Positions 8,980 to 17,665 of a stretch of 64,000 nt of DNA are shown one piece after another. The stretch comes from Bacteroidota bacterium (lineage in GTDB: Bacteria; Bacteroidota; JABWAT01): positions 468,981 to 532,980 of the forward strand of contig JABWAT010000001.1 of NCBI GenBank assembly GCA_013360915.1. The letters are read 5' to 3'. The notes beneath the pieces were generated by a model. It saw only the letters and a program-made list of their open reading frames with translations. It was not told the origin of the DNA and searched no databases. Made by a program: the position numbers and the translations under genes. Numbering within the stretch: the stretch's first letter is position 1; the number at the start of each line of letters is the position of its first letter.

Positions 8980-10689
8980 ATGATCAGCACGGCTCCCTCT
9001 TCAGTTTCCACCATACCCGACCTTTTCCATCAATCGGCTGCACGGTATGCAGACCGGCCCGCACTTGCCATGATTAACGGACCGACACTGACCTATCTGG
9101 ATGTAAGCCATCGGGTCATGCAGCTTGCCAAAATGCTTAACGATGAGGGAATCACCTCGGGTGACCGGGTGGCCATCTATTCAGAAAATCACATGAACTG
9201 GGGCATTGCTTACCTTGCCATACAGGAGGCGGGCGGTGTGGTGGTACCGATTCTGCCTGATTTTCACACGGGTGCCGTCAGCCATATTCTCCGTCATTCC
9301 GAGGCCAGGGCTGTTTTCACTTCACCACGTCTGTTAAACCGACTCGACGAATCTCCAGCCAAATTCACCATCAACCTGGAAACCTTTCAGATATCGCGGG
9401 GAGGCAAAACCTGGGAGACTCTGCTTCGTCTTGGTGAAGCGGCCCTGACCAACCTGAAAGCACGGGCACGTCGTTTTCTTCATTCAGCGCATGAAAAGGA
9501 ATCCCCCTCGCTTGCAGTGATCATTTATACGTCTGGCACCACCGGACATTCAAAAGGGGTGATGCTGACCCATCAGAACCTGATTGCTAACATCCAGAGC
9601 GTCAGGAAACTGGTCCATATTGTTGAAACAGACCGCTTTCTGTCGCTTCTGCCATTGGCACATACTTTTGAGTGCACCCTTGGATTTCTAACGCCGCTCT
9701 CTGCCGGTGCCAGTGTTCATTATCTTGACCGGGCCCCGACCGCACCTGTGCTTCTGCCGGCACTGCAAACCGTCCGTCCCACGGTGATGCTTTCTGTACC
9801 GCTGATCATTGAAAAAATTTACAAGCAAAAAATCATTCCCGCTTTCCATGGCAATTTCATCATCAGAAATGTGTATGGGTTGCCTCCATTCAGGAAACTG
9901 TTAAACAAGAAAGCCGGAAAAAAGCTCTTACAGACCTTTGGCGGAGAGTTGAAATTATTTTGCATTGGTGGAGCGGCCCTTGCCCCGGATACTGAATTCT
10001 TCTTACGGGAGGCAGGCTTTCCCTATTGCATTGGTTATGGACTGACTGAAACATCACCGCTTGTTACCGGGACTCCCCCCGAAACCACACGACTCCGGTC
10101 GGCCGGAAAAGCCATTCTGAACGTACAAGTCCGGATTGATCACCCCGATCCGGTAACAGGTGCGGGTGAAATCTGGGTAAAAGGGCCAAATGTTATGGCC
10201 GGGTATTACCGTGATCCGGAAAAAACAGCCGAGGTGCTTTCTCAGGATGGATGGTTTCACACGGGTGATCTGGGATATATTGACGAGGATGGTTACCTGT
10301 TCATCAAAGGACGATCAAAGAATATGATTCTTGGTCCTTCCGGCGAGAATATCTATCCGGAAGAATTGGAGTCCCTTCTGAATGAACATGATTGGGTCTC
10401 GGAAAGTCTGGTTCTTGAAGATGGTAAAGAAATCGTTGCAAGGGTTTTTCTTAACTCTGAAATTATAGATCAGGAATTGGCAAAGCACGCCACCAATGAA
10501 GCCGGAGCCAGGAAACGAATTCTGGCCTTTTTTGAGGAACTGAAATCTGCTGTTAACCAACGGACTTCAAAATTTGCAAAAATTGCCCGGATTATCGAAC
10601 AACCAGAACCTTTCGAGAAGACCCCGACTCAGAAAATCAAAAGGTTTCTTTATACTACAAAATCGGCTGGCGGAGATCCATCAATGTAA
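8980..10689 (+). CDS. AMP-dependent synthetase / long-chain acyl-CoA ligase (second copy)
   Basis: 569 aa with IYTSGTTGHSKGVMLTHQNL. It is divergent from the MFS gene across a 62-nt promoter region. Confidence 0.85.
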   Translation: MISTAPSSVSTIPDLFHQSAARYADRPALAMINGPTLTYLDVSHRVMQLAKMLNDEGITSGDRVAIYSENHMNWGIAYLAIQEAGGVVVPILPDFHTGAVSHILRHSEARAVFTSPRLLNRLDESPAKFTINLETFQISRGGKTWETLLRLGEAALTNLKARARRFLHSAHEKESPSLAVIIYTSGTTGHSKGVMLTHQNLIANIQSVRKLVHIVETDRFLSLLPLAHTFECTLGFLTPLSAGASVHYLDRAPTAPVLLPALQTVRPTVMLSVPLIIEKIYKQKIIPAFHGNFIIRNVYGLPPFRKLLNKKAGKKLLQTFGGELKLFCIGGAALAPDTEFFLREAGFPYCIGYGLTETSPLVTGTPPETTRLRSAGKAILNVQVRIDHPDPVTGAGEIWVKGPNVMAGYYRDPEKTAEVLSQDGWFHTGDLGYIDEDGYLFIKGRSKNMILGPSGENIYPEELESLLNEHDWVSESLVLEDGKEIVARVFLNSEIIDQELAKHATNEAGARKRILAFFEELKSAVNQRTSKFAKIARIIEQPEPFEKTPTQKIKRFLYTTKSAGGDPSM

Positions 10690-10707
10690 GCCCCTGCAAA
10701 AAAAAAA

Positions 10708-10741
10708 GGGCCATCCGACAGAATGGCCCTTTTCATTTTTT
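10708..10741. terminator. Bidirectional intrinsic terminator between convergent genes
   Basis: The sequence is aaaaaaaaaa gggccat ccgacaga atggccc ttttcatttttt. It forms a 7-bp GC-rich stem flanked by an A-run and a T-run, so it can terminate both the plus-strand ligase and the minus-strand PKD gene. Confidence 0.6.
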
Positions 10742-10753
10742 ATCAGGCAGACC

Positions 10754-13700
10754 TTATTTACAAACCACTGTCATGAGTGTCTCTGCAGGTTTCCCACCGA
10801 AAATATCTGCATCGGTTACCCTGAGAGTAAAGACATTTTCACCCTGTCTGACCGTGGCTGAAGCCCGTTTTCCATAGGCAACGGTCTGACCGTTCAGGAT
10901 CCATTCGTAAATAACATTCTTATCTTCCGGGCGGTTGATTTCAGGTGCAACCAATTCGACAACCGGGTTGGCCGGATTCCAATCGAGATCCTTGCGTGAG
11001 CCAGCCAGTGATTTAAAGGCGAGTTGCGGCCAAACTTTTGTTTGCTTATCCACCTGTTTCAGGATTTCCTTACGTGGCTGCCAAACAATCCGGACGGTGC
11101 GGTCCCCCAATGTATCGGCCACCCAGGTAGACTGTGATTTTCCGCGGACATGGAATCCGGTAAACTTTGGTAATCCCATTGACTCGGCGGATACAATGGT
11201 TCCCTGACTGATCTCGGCAGGGAAAGCCGGATTGATGTCCGGTGCCGGGCTCACGGTAAGCACCTGCTGAATACTATCCACCGAGTTGGTTTGTCCTTTA
11301 CCATCATTCTGGATGAGCGTGATGGTGTAGTTTCCACGTTCCAGATTAATGGTAGGAGAAGGAACCACTTTTCCGTTCAGTTTCCAGGTGGTGGTCAGGT
11401 TATCCTTATCACGATCAATCACTTCAACCGAACGCAGAGTAACCGATTCTTTTTCGTAAACCGGTAAATCGATGGCAAGTTTGGGAACAGGGGCTGCATT
11501 CACCAATAACCTCTGTTTAACAGAGGCCGCATTATTTTTGGTGGGCGAATTATCAAACACCCGAAGTTCCAGATCATAGACACCGAATTTCGGAGATGGA
11601 ACCACCACATAAGGATCAGTTCCGACAAGACGGTTATTAATCCGCCATTCGTACAAGGTGATAATTCCATCCGGATCTACTGACGGACGTCCATCCAGAA
11701 CAATCGGATCACCCTCGGCAACGATTTCAGGAACCACCCATTGAGGAACAGGGGTGGCATTGACCGTCAATTCTTTTACCGTCCGGTCATCGCTGTTCAC
11801 TTTATCGAGATTGCTGATGGTCAGAATAACTTTATACTTTCCGGTATCCTTGAACACATGGCGCACAGACGGACCTGTGTACAGAACCGAATCTTTGGCT
11901 CCAGGTCCTTTAATGACCCAGCTGAATCCACGGATCGTAACAGGAGATAAAGAACCACCTCCGTCAAACGTGATAGTTTCATTCGGTGAGGCCCATTCTG
12001 GACCTCTGATCACGGCAACAGGTCCGTTCAGAACTTTAACCGTTCCCTGAATGGTACTGACAGGCTGATCGGGTCCGGGGTCACCACCTTTAATGGTGAG
12101 GGTAACGGTGTAAGAACCGGCCTTCATGTATTTGTAGGCGACAGTGGGACCATAGGCCTTATCCCCGTTCCCAAAGTCCCACTCATAGTAGGTGATCCGT
12201 CCGTTCTGATACTCGCTTTTTGCCGAGCTGAACATGAATTCCTTACCGAGAAATGCACTGGTATCTCTGAATCCCATGCTGGCAACCGGGTAGCTTTCCA
12301 CTACCACCGCTACAGTGGTGATAACGGGTTTCGCAGAGAAACCATCTTCCAGACTTACATAAACCGGATAGAATCCCGGACGCTGCCATGTAAAGGCGGC
12401 TTTATTATCCTTTGATTTGAAAGGTTTCCGGTCGCCAAAGTCCCAGGTGATTGAAACCGGGTCTCCATCAGGGTCATAGGACAGGCTGGCATCAAACTCC
12501 ACAGGTTTTCCGGCTTTGACCACCTTCAGGCTATCCATCACGGCAACCGGCGGACGGTTCACAACAACGGTAACTGTGTCTGATACCACGCTGTTTTTCC
12601 GACCCTGACCATCATCCAGCGTTACCAGAATTTTATGAATTCCACCTTCTGGCGCATACCATTGTACAAGGGGTTTTTCCGATTTGCTGCCATCCGGGAA
12701 GGTCCAGGAGTAAATCAATTCCTGACCATCAGGATCTGCAGACCGGGACGCATCCAACTGCACACGACGGGAATTGGATTTAATGCGTTTCTGCGTGACC
12801 AGACGCGGGCTGGTATTCACCAGTACAGTCAGGTTCTGCAAAGTTGTTACCGAATTGGAAAATCCTTCACCATCATCGACACGAAGGGTAAATTTCTGAA
12901 GTCCCGGTTTGGTAAACAGTTTGGTTACGGTGTCTCCATTCATCACCGTTCCATCGGTGAAGGCCCAGGTAAAATTCTTAATCTTTCCATCCGGATCCTT
13001 TGAACCGCGGGCATCGAGAAGCACTGGTGTCTCGGGATCTGTTACCAGAGGCACCGATGCAAACGAAGCCACAGGAGCCTGGTTAACGAAAATCCGCTTT
13101 GAGGCCACATGAACGGCGTCGTCAAAACCAGAATCATCCTTCACCTTCAGTGACAGGACATGGGCTCCTGGTGATTTTACATTGATCTGAGCACGAACCT
13201 GGTTTGAGAATGGAACGCCATTCAGGAACCATTCATACGAAATAATTTTGCCGTCTGCGTCCTTGGATTGATCGGCACTGACAACAAGTGGTTTGGATGG
13301 ATCCTGACGGTCAGGCGCTGTGATCACAGCAACCGGGTATTGGTTAATCACGATGGTATGAGAGGTGGACTGAACCGAGTTGGCCAGTTTCATTCCATCA
13401 TCGACTGTCAGGCTGACTGTGTAAGTTCCCGGTTTCTGGAAGGTGTGGTAAACTTTGTTTCCAATGTCTCCGCTTCCATCGCCGAAATCCCAGGTATATT
13501 TAACAATACCCTGATCCTTATCGAGGCTGGAATCGGCGCTGAACAGTTGATATCCCTTAAAATCACGCGTTTTGGCTGCAATTTTGGGTACAGGAGGGAA
13601 GTTGACCGAAATGGTCCTTTTCAATTCCTGAACTGAATTTTTTGTTCCCTCGGTATCATCCACTTTCAGGTTGATGGTATACTTTCCGGGATTGGAGAAG

Positions 13701-15526
13701 GTCAGCGTGGAAGTAACTCCATTCAGAGTTCTTCCATCGGAAATTTCCCAGGTGTACTTCAGGTTTTTATTATCCGGATCGGTTGTCCGCTCGGCATTGA
13801 GAACCACACGCTGATCGGTGGCCACGATTTCAGGAACGTCGAAGGACGGAACCGGTGCAGCATTGACTTTATACTTAAAGGAAGTTTTATAAGTCGAGTT
13901 TGAAGCTCCGATCGGGTCATTAATCGTCAGGGTGACTTCATAGTTTCCGAAAGCAGTATGACGGATGGAAACTTTATCTTCGATTGCACTGCTGACAATT
14001 CCCGGACCTACCCAACGGTACGCAAGTGGTTGCTGATCCTGGTCATCGGTGTTTTTGGCCTTAAACGTGACCTCTTCTCCCTGAGCAATTTTTTCCATTC
14101 CATCAATTTCAGTGTAGGGCTGTGAGTTCACAATAATCCGTTTGGCGGCTGTATCTGAGGCACAGGAGGAATTGGTGGATTGGTTGCTGACCACCAGTTT
14201 GACGATGTAGGTACCGGGAATGATACTGGAAAAATCGAAAGAGATGTCTTGCTTACGAAGCTGGTCATTGACATACCAGAAATATTTCAGACCGGCTTCC
14301 TTTCCTTTCGGGGGCTGAAGGGCCGCGAATTTGAGCACTTCGGAAGGAGCCATGCTTTCACGATCAGAGATAATTACTGCGTTCGGTTTTTCACGGATCG
14401 TCACTGTTGTCTCATAGGTCCAGTACTGAGGAACATATACTTTCTGGGTCGGATAAATCACATTGACCTTATAGGTTCCCGGACCGCCAAAATTGATGGT
14501 GGCTGATGCGCCTTCCACAAATTCATTCTCGCCGTAAATAAAAGCTGCTCGTGCTTTCAGCGCATTCTGATCGGGAGGAACCTCGAGGCTGAATGCCGTT
14601 GAAAAGCAATCCTCAACGGTTTGCTGAACCACATTAATACTGGGTTTGGTCAGAATGGAGGTTGAAATAAAATTCATATTCCAGAGAATACTTTTATCCC
14701 GACCGTAAATTCCCAGGGTGTTGCTCACATTGCTCGATCCGGTAATGGTCAGTCCCCACTGGTTCTGAATTCCGAAGGCATTCACATTCCAGGCCACTTT
14801 ATCAGAACCAACCCGGAATGCATTACCGAAGTAATCCTTTACGAACACCCGGGAGTCATCTGCGCCCAGAATCTCCATAACCGGCGGCTCAAATTCGGAG
14901 TCAAAAGCAGGGATGAACTGAATCTCATCACGCGGATTCAGATTGAAAATGGTCAGTGATAAATCATTTGCCAGCAGCGTCCAGTTTGCAGAGGCATTGA
15001 AATTACCCTCGCGATCGGTTACCAACACCTTGAAGTTATTGATATCATCTCCATCGTTGGCATATACCCGTAGAATGTAGCCATTGGCATTGGCCGATAC
15101 CTGTTTAAAAGTCACCCAGCGGTTGGCAAACTTACTCTCGGTCCCTGCCACCAATTGTTCAATTGGTTGCTGATTAGAAGGCTTTGGAACCAGGTCAGAC
15201 CCGTTGAGGTCATACAGGGTTTCAAAATTGTAAAGTGAATAAGTGAAATTGGTATTGGCATCACCCGATACCTCATCGGTCACCCCGGCAATACCAGCGT
15301 CGAAAATCTGAATGACTGCATTGCCAGCGCCCTGTCCTGGACGGATCCAATAGTCATAAAGGTGATGTTTGTCTCCGTTGGCTGGCTTAACCTTCGAACC
15401 TGAAACAGAAAGGAACACATCGGACTGAGCAGAAGCCACAGCCGGCAGGAAAAGAATTCCGGTAAGTAAACCCATCCAGAAGCGGTTTTTTGACGATAAC
15501 AGGTTATTCATAGGACCTTCAGGCAT
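10754..15526 (-). CDS. Very large secreted protein (1590 aa) with an N-terminal signal peptide and about 10-11 tandem PKD/Ig-like repeats
   Basis: The signal peptide is MNNLLSSKNRFWMGLLTGILFLPAVASAQ. The sequence has recurring ~90-aa units with the PKD consensus WDFGDGS...Y.V.L.V.D, and repeated motifs such as DASRSADPDG, VNQAPVA and VNAAPVP. I found no T9SS C-terminal domain and no sortase motif. Confidence 0.8.
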   Translation of the reverse strand: MPEGPMNNLLSSKNRFWMGLLTGILFLPAVASAQSDVFLSVSGSKVKPANGDKHHLYDYWIRPGQGAGNAVIQIFDAGIAGVTDEVSGDANTNFTYSLYNFETLYDLNGSDLVPKPSNQQPIEQLVAGTESKFANRWVTFKQVSANANGYILRVYANDGDDINNFKVLVTDREGNFNASANWTLLANDLSLTIFNLNPRDEIQFIPAFDSEFEPPVMEILGADDSRVFVKDYFGNAFRVGSDKVAWNVNAFGIQNQWGLTITGSSNVSNTLGIYGRDKSILWNMNFISTSILTKPSINVVQQTVEDCFSTAFSLEVPPDQNALKARAAFIYGENEFVEGASATINFGGPGTYKVNVIYPTQKVYVPQYWTYETTVTIREKPNAVIISDRESMAPSEVLKFAALQPPKGKEAGLKYFWYVNDQLRKQDISFDFSSIIPGTYIVKLVVSNQSTNSSCASDTAAKRIIVNSQPYTEIDGMEKIAQGEEVTFKAKNTDDQDQQPLAYRWVGPGIVSSAIEDKVSIRHTAFGNYEVTLTINDPIGASNSTYKTSFKYKVNAAPVPSFDVPEIVATDQRVVLNAERTTDPDNKNLKYTWEISDGRTLNGVTSTLTFSNPGKYTINLKVDDTEGTKNSVQELKRTISVNFPPVPKIAAKTRDFKGYQLFSADSSLDKDQGIVKYTWDFGDGSGDIGNKVYHTFQKPGTYTVSLTVDDGMKLANSVQSTSHTIVINQYPVAVITAPDRQDPSKPLVVSADQSKDADGKIISYEWFLNGVPFSNQVRAQINVKSPGAHVLSLKVKDDSGFDDAVHVASKRIFVNQAPVASFASVPLVTDPETPVLLDARGSKDPDGKIKNFTWAFTDGTVMNGDTVTKLFTKPGLQKFTLRVDDGEGFSNSVTTLQNLTVLVNTSPRLVTQKRIKSNSRRVQLDASRSADPDGQELIYSWTFPDGSKSEKPLVQWYAPEGGIHKILVTLDDGQGRKNSVVSDTVTVVVNRPPVAVMDSLKVVKAGKPVEFDASLSYDPDGDPVSITWDFGDRKPFKSKDNKAAFTWQRPGFYPVYVSLEDGFSAKPVITTVAVVVESYPVASMGFRDTSAFLGKEFMFSSAKSEYQNGRITYYEWDFGNGDKAYGPTVAYKYMKAGSYTVTLTIKGGDPGPDQPVSTIQGTVKVLNGPVAVIRGPEWASPNETITFDGGGSLSPVTIRGFSWVIKGPGAKDSVLYTGPSVRHVFKDTGKYKVILTISNLDKVNSDDRTVKELTVNATPVPQWVVPEIVAEGDPIVLDGRPSVDPDGIITLYEWRINNRLVGTDPYVVVPSPKFGVYDLELRVFDNSPTKNNAASVKQRLLVNAAPVPKLAIDLPVYEKESVTLRSVEVIDRDKDNLTTTWKLNGKVVPSPTINLERGNYTITLIQNDGKGQTNSVDSIQQVLTVSPAPDINPAFPAEISQGTIVSAESMGLPKFTGFHVRGKSQSTWVADTLGDRTVRIVWQPRKEILKQVDKQTKVWPQLAFKSLAGSRKDLDWNPANPVVELVAPEINRPEDKNVIYEWILNGQTVAYGKRASATVRQGENVFTLRVTDADIFGGKPAETLMTVVCK

Positions 15527-15741
15527 TAAGTGACAACAATGAATCTATTGTAAAATCGGGTGAGAGCGGTTTAACGCCGGTTCATCACAGACATTTTTTG
15601 ACAATCAAGGCAAATAAACAAAAAATCGCCGTTGTTTTCAAAGCAAATCACCCAATTGGCCCATCAAAAAGACAAAAAAATCAATTAATTATTGATTAGC
15701 CCTCCGGGGCCCGGAGTTGGACGGACCTGAGGGATGAGCAC

Positions 15742-16641
15742 TCAGATGAATAAAAGGGCAATTCCGGCTACTGAAATGGCTGCACCGATCATTTCCCTTC
15801 CGTTGACTTTTTCTTTCAGGAGGAACACCGAAGGTATAATAATCAGTACCGGGACCGCCGACATGATCGTGGCTGCCACGCCGGCATGGGTGGTCTGAAC
15901 CGCAAGTAAGGACAGGGATACTCCGATAAACGGACCAAAGAAGGCGCCTGTGGCCATGGCACCCATTGCCGGGGCCTGTCTGATGGCAGCACCCACCGAA
16001 TTCCACCTTTTCAAAACCGTCACAATCAGGGTAAATCCTGCAATACCGGTGATGATTCTGATCTGAGTGGATGCAAACGGATCATAAGTTCCCATTCCGA
16101 TTTTACTCAGAATCAGTCCGGCAGCCTGGCCAACGGCCCCACCGAAGGCCAGCAAAATTCCCTTAACGGAATAATGAAAATCCAGTTTTCCGCCTTCTGT
16201 ACCCGGACGTTTCAGCACCACAATGGCGATACCTGAAAGAGTCAGGGCCATACCGGTCAGTTGGATGAAAGTCAGTGTCTCTCCCAGAAACATCCAACCT
16301 GCCAGAGCCGTCATGGGAGGGACCAGGGTCATGATGAGCATGGCAATTCTGGCAGTCACCTCCAGATAGGATCTGAACAGGAACAAATCGCCCAGTACAA
16401 ATCCGACCAATCCTGAAAGAGAAAGCCAGAGCCAGGCATGGGGAGTGGCATCGACCGGAAAGAACAATCCGCGGCTGGCCCAGGTAAACAGACTGATAAA
16501 AATCATCGCCATGATCAGACGAATCCAGTTGACTGCCAGCGAGCCAACGGCACGACTCGCTCTTTCAAATGCAAGGGCAGTTACCGTCCAGCATACGGTC
16601 GTTCCCAGTGCAGCCCATTCACCTGTATTTGATACTATCAT
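15742..16641 (-). CDS. EamA/DMT-family transporter (10 TM)
   Basis: 299 aa, highly hydrophobic, with two repeated EamA-like halves. It is downstream of the cyclophilin gene. Confidence 0.8.
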   Translation of the reverse strand: MIVSNTGEWAALGTTVCWTVTALAFERASRAVGSLAVNWIRLIMAMIFISLFTWASRGLFFPVDATPHAWLWLSLSGLVGFVLGDLFLFRSYLEVTARIAMLIMTLVPPMTALAGWMFLGETLTFIQLTGMALTLSGIAIVVLKRPGTEGGKLDFHYSVKGILLAFGGAVGQAAGLILSKIGMGTYDPFASTQIRIITGIAGFTLIVTVLKRWNSVGAAIRQAPAMGAMATGAFFGPFIGVSLSLLAVQTTHAGVAATIMSAVPVLIIIPSVFLLKEKVNGREMIGAAISVAGIALLFI

Positions 16642-16668
16642 GACTTTCCTGTCGGGTTAATTGATGAG

Positions 16669-17448
16669 TCAGTGCACAAGACGAATGCTGTCGATTCTGA
16701 CATCGGCCAGCGGCCAATCGGCCGGATCCACCGGAACGGATGCAATCCGGTTAATCACATCGAGACCTTTGGTTACCTGGCCAAACACGGTATGCTCACC
16801 ATCCAGGTGGGCGGCCCCGCCGGTGGTTTCATAAAAAGTGCGTTCTTCAGGTAAAAAAACCCGCTTGTTATCCTTTTCAATTTTATCCAGATCCCACCGG
16901 GTGACCGTCTTGCCATGCACCAGATAAAAATCGTAGGGAGATGAACGCTTTTCCGGATTGTTATCGTAGTCCCTTGTGGCAGCCAGGGCTCCGGGCCGGT
17001 GAATCAGACCGGGGCGGAATTCGGAAGGCAGCGTATAAACCCCGTATTTCTTTTTAAGGTCTTTTCTGGCAGGATCATCACTATCTCCTCCCTGAAGCAC
17101 AAACCCGCGGATGACCCGGTAAAAGACAGTCCGGTCGTAAAAACCGAGATCAATCAACCGGATAAAATTGGCCCGGTGAACCGGTGTGTTCTCATACAAC
17201 CGGATTCTGATTTCACCCATGCTTGTATAAAGAATGAGGTCATTGCCCGGATGTTTTTTTCCATAATCGAGCAGATAACTGACCGCATTTCGGTCATCCA
17301 GATACCGGAAATGGGGCTGGGTTTGAGTTGAACCGGAAATACTATCCGGAAGGACTTCCTTTGCCGAAGGGGTTCCTGGCTGGTCAGGACCGCAGGCAGT
17401 AAAAACGACCATCCAGCCTGCAAGAATCACAAAGGAGACTGATTTCAC
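16669..17448 (-). CDS. Peptidyl-prolyl cis-trans isomerase, cyclophilin type, lipoprotein
   Basis: The lipoprotein signal is MKSVSFVILAGWMVVFTACG. Cyclophilin motifs FYRVIRGFVLQGGD and HTVFGQV are present. Its start overlaps the ccoS stop by 4 nt. Confidence 0.85.
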   Translation of the reverse strand: MKSVSFVILAGWMVVFTACGPDQPGTPSAKEVLPDSISGSTQTQPHFRYLDDRNAVSYLLDYGKKHPGNDLILYTSMGEIRIRLYENTPVHRANFIRLIDLGFYDRTVFYRVIRGFVLQGGDSDDPARKDLKKKYGVYTLPSEFRPGLIHRPGALAATRDYDNNPEKRSSPYDFYLVHGKTVTRWDLDKIEKDNKRVFLPEERTFYETTGGAAHLDGEHTVFGQVTKGLDVINRIASVPVDPADWPLADVRIDSIRLVH

Positions 17449-17642
17449 TTTTTTTCAGTTTGTGAATGAGTCGTGTCTTGATCGGGAGGTGGTGCCTGCT
17501 GGTCATCATCCTCATCAAAAACCTGATATTTGGTATCCTCAGTGTCTTCGAACTGACCAGTCCGGGCTGCCCAGATATACAATCCAAATCCTGCCAGGGC
17601 AATCAGAAGCGACATGATGATGAGGGCGTACTGTGAAGTCAT
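17445..17642 (-). CDS. ccoS: cbb3-type cytochrome oxidase maturation protein CcoS/FixS
   Basis: 65 aa, one TM helix (YALIIMSLLIALAGFGLYIW) followed by an acidic tail. It sits directly after the CcoI P-type ATPase, as in ccoGHIS clusters. Confidence 0.7.
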   Translation of the reverse strand: MTSQYALIIMSLLIALAGFGLYIWAARTGQFEDTEDTKYQVFDEDDDQQAPPPDQDTTHSQTEKK

Positions 17643-17665
17643 AATTCTAAAATCGGCATCTGTCT

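Noticed and set aside
10754-15526. Periodic DNA repeats, possibly CRISPR or a satellite
   Set aside because: The periodicity is in-frame, ~270 nt and divergent. It corresponds to the PKD protein domains and has no short direct repeat plus spacer structure. The same holds for the triplicated module in 58810..61755. I saw no CRISPR array anywhere in the window.
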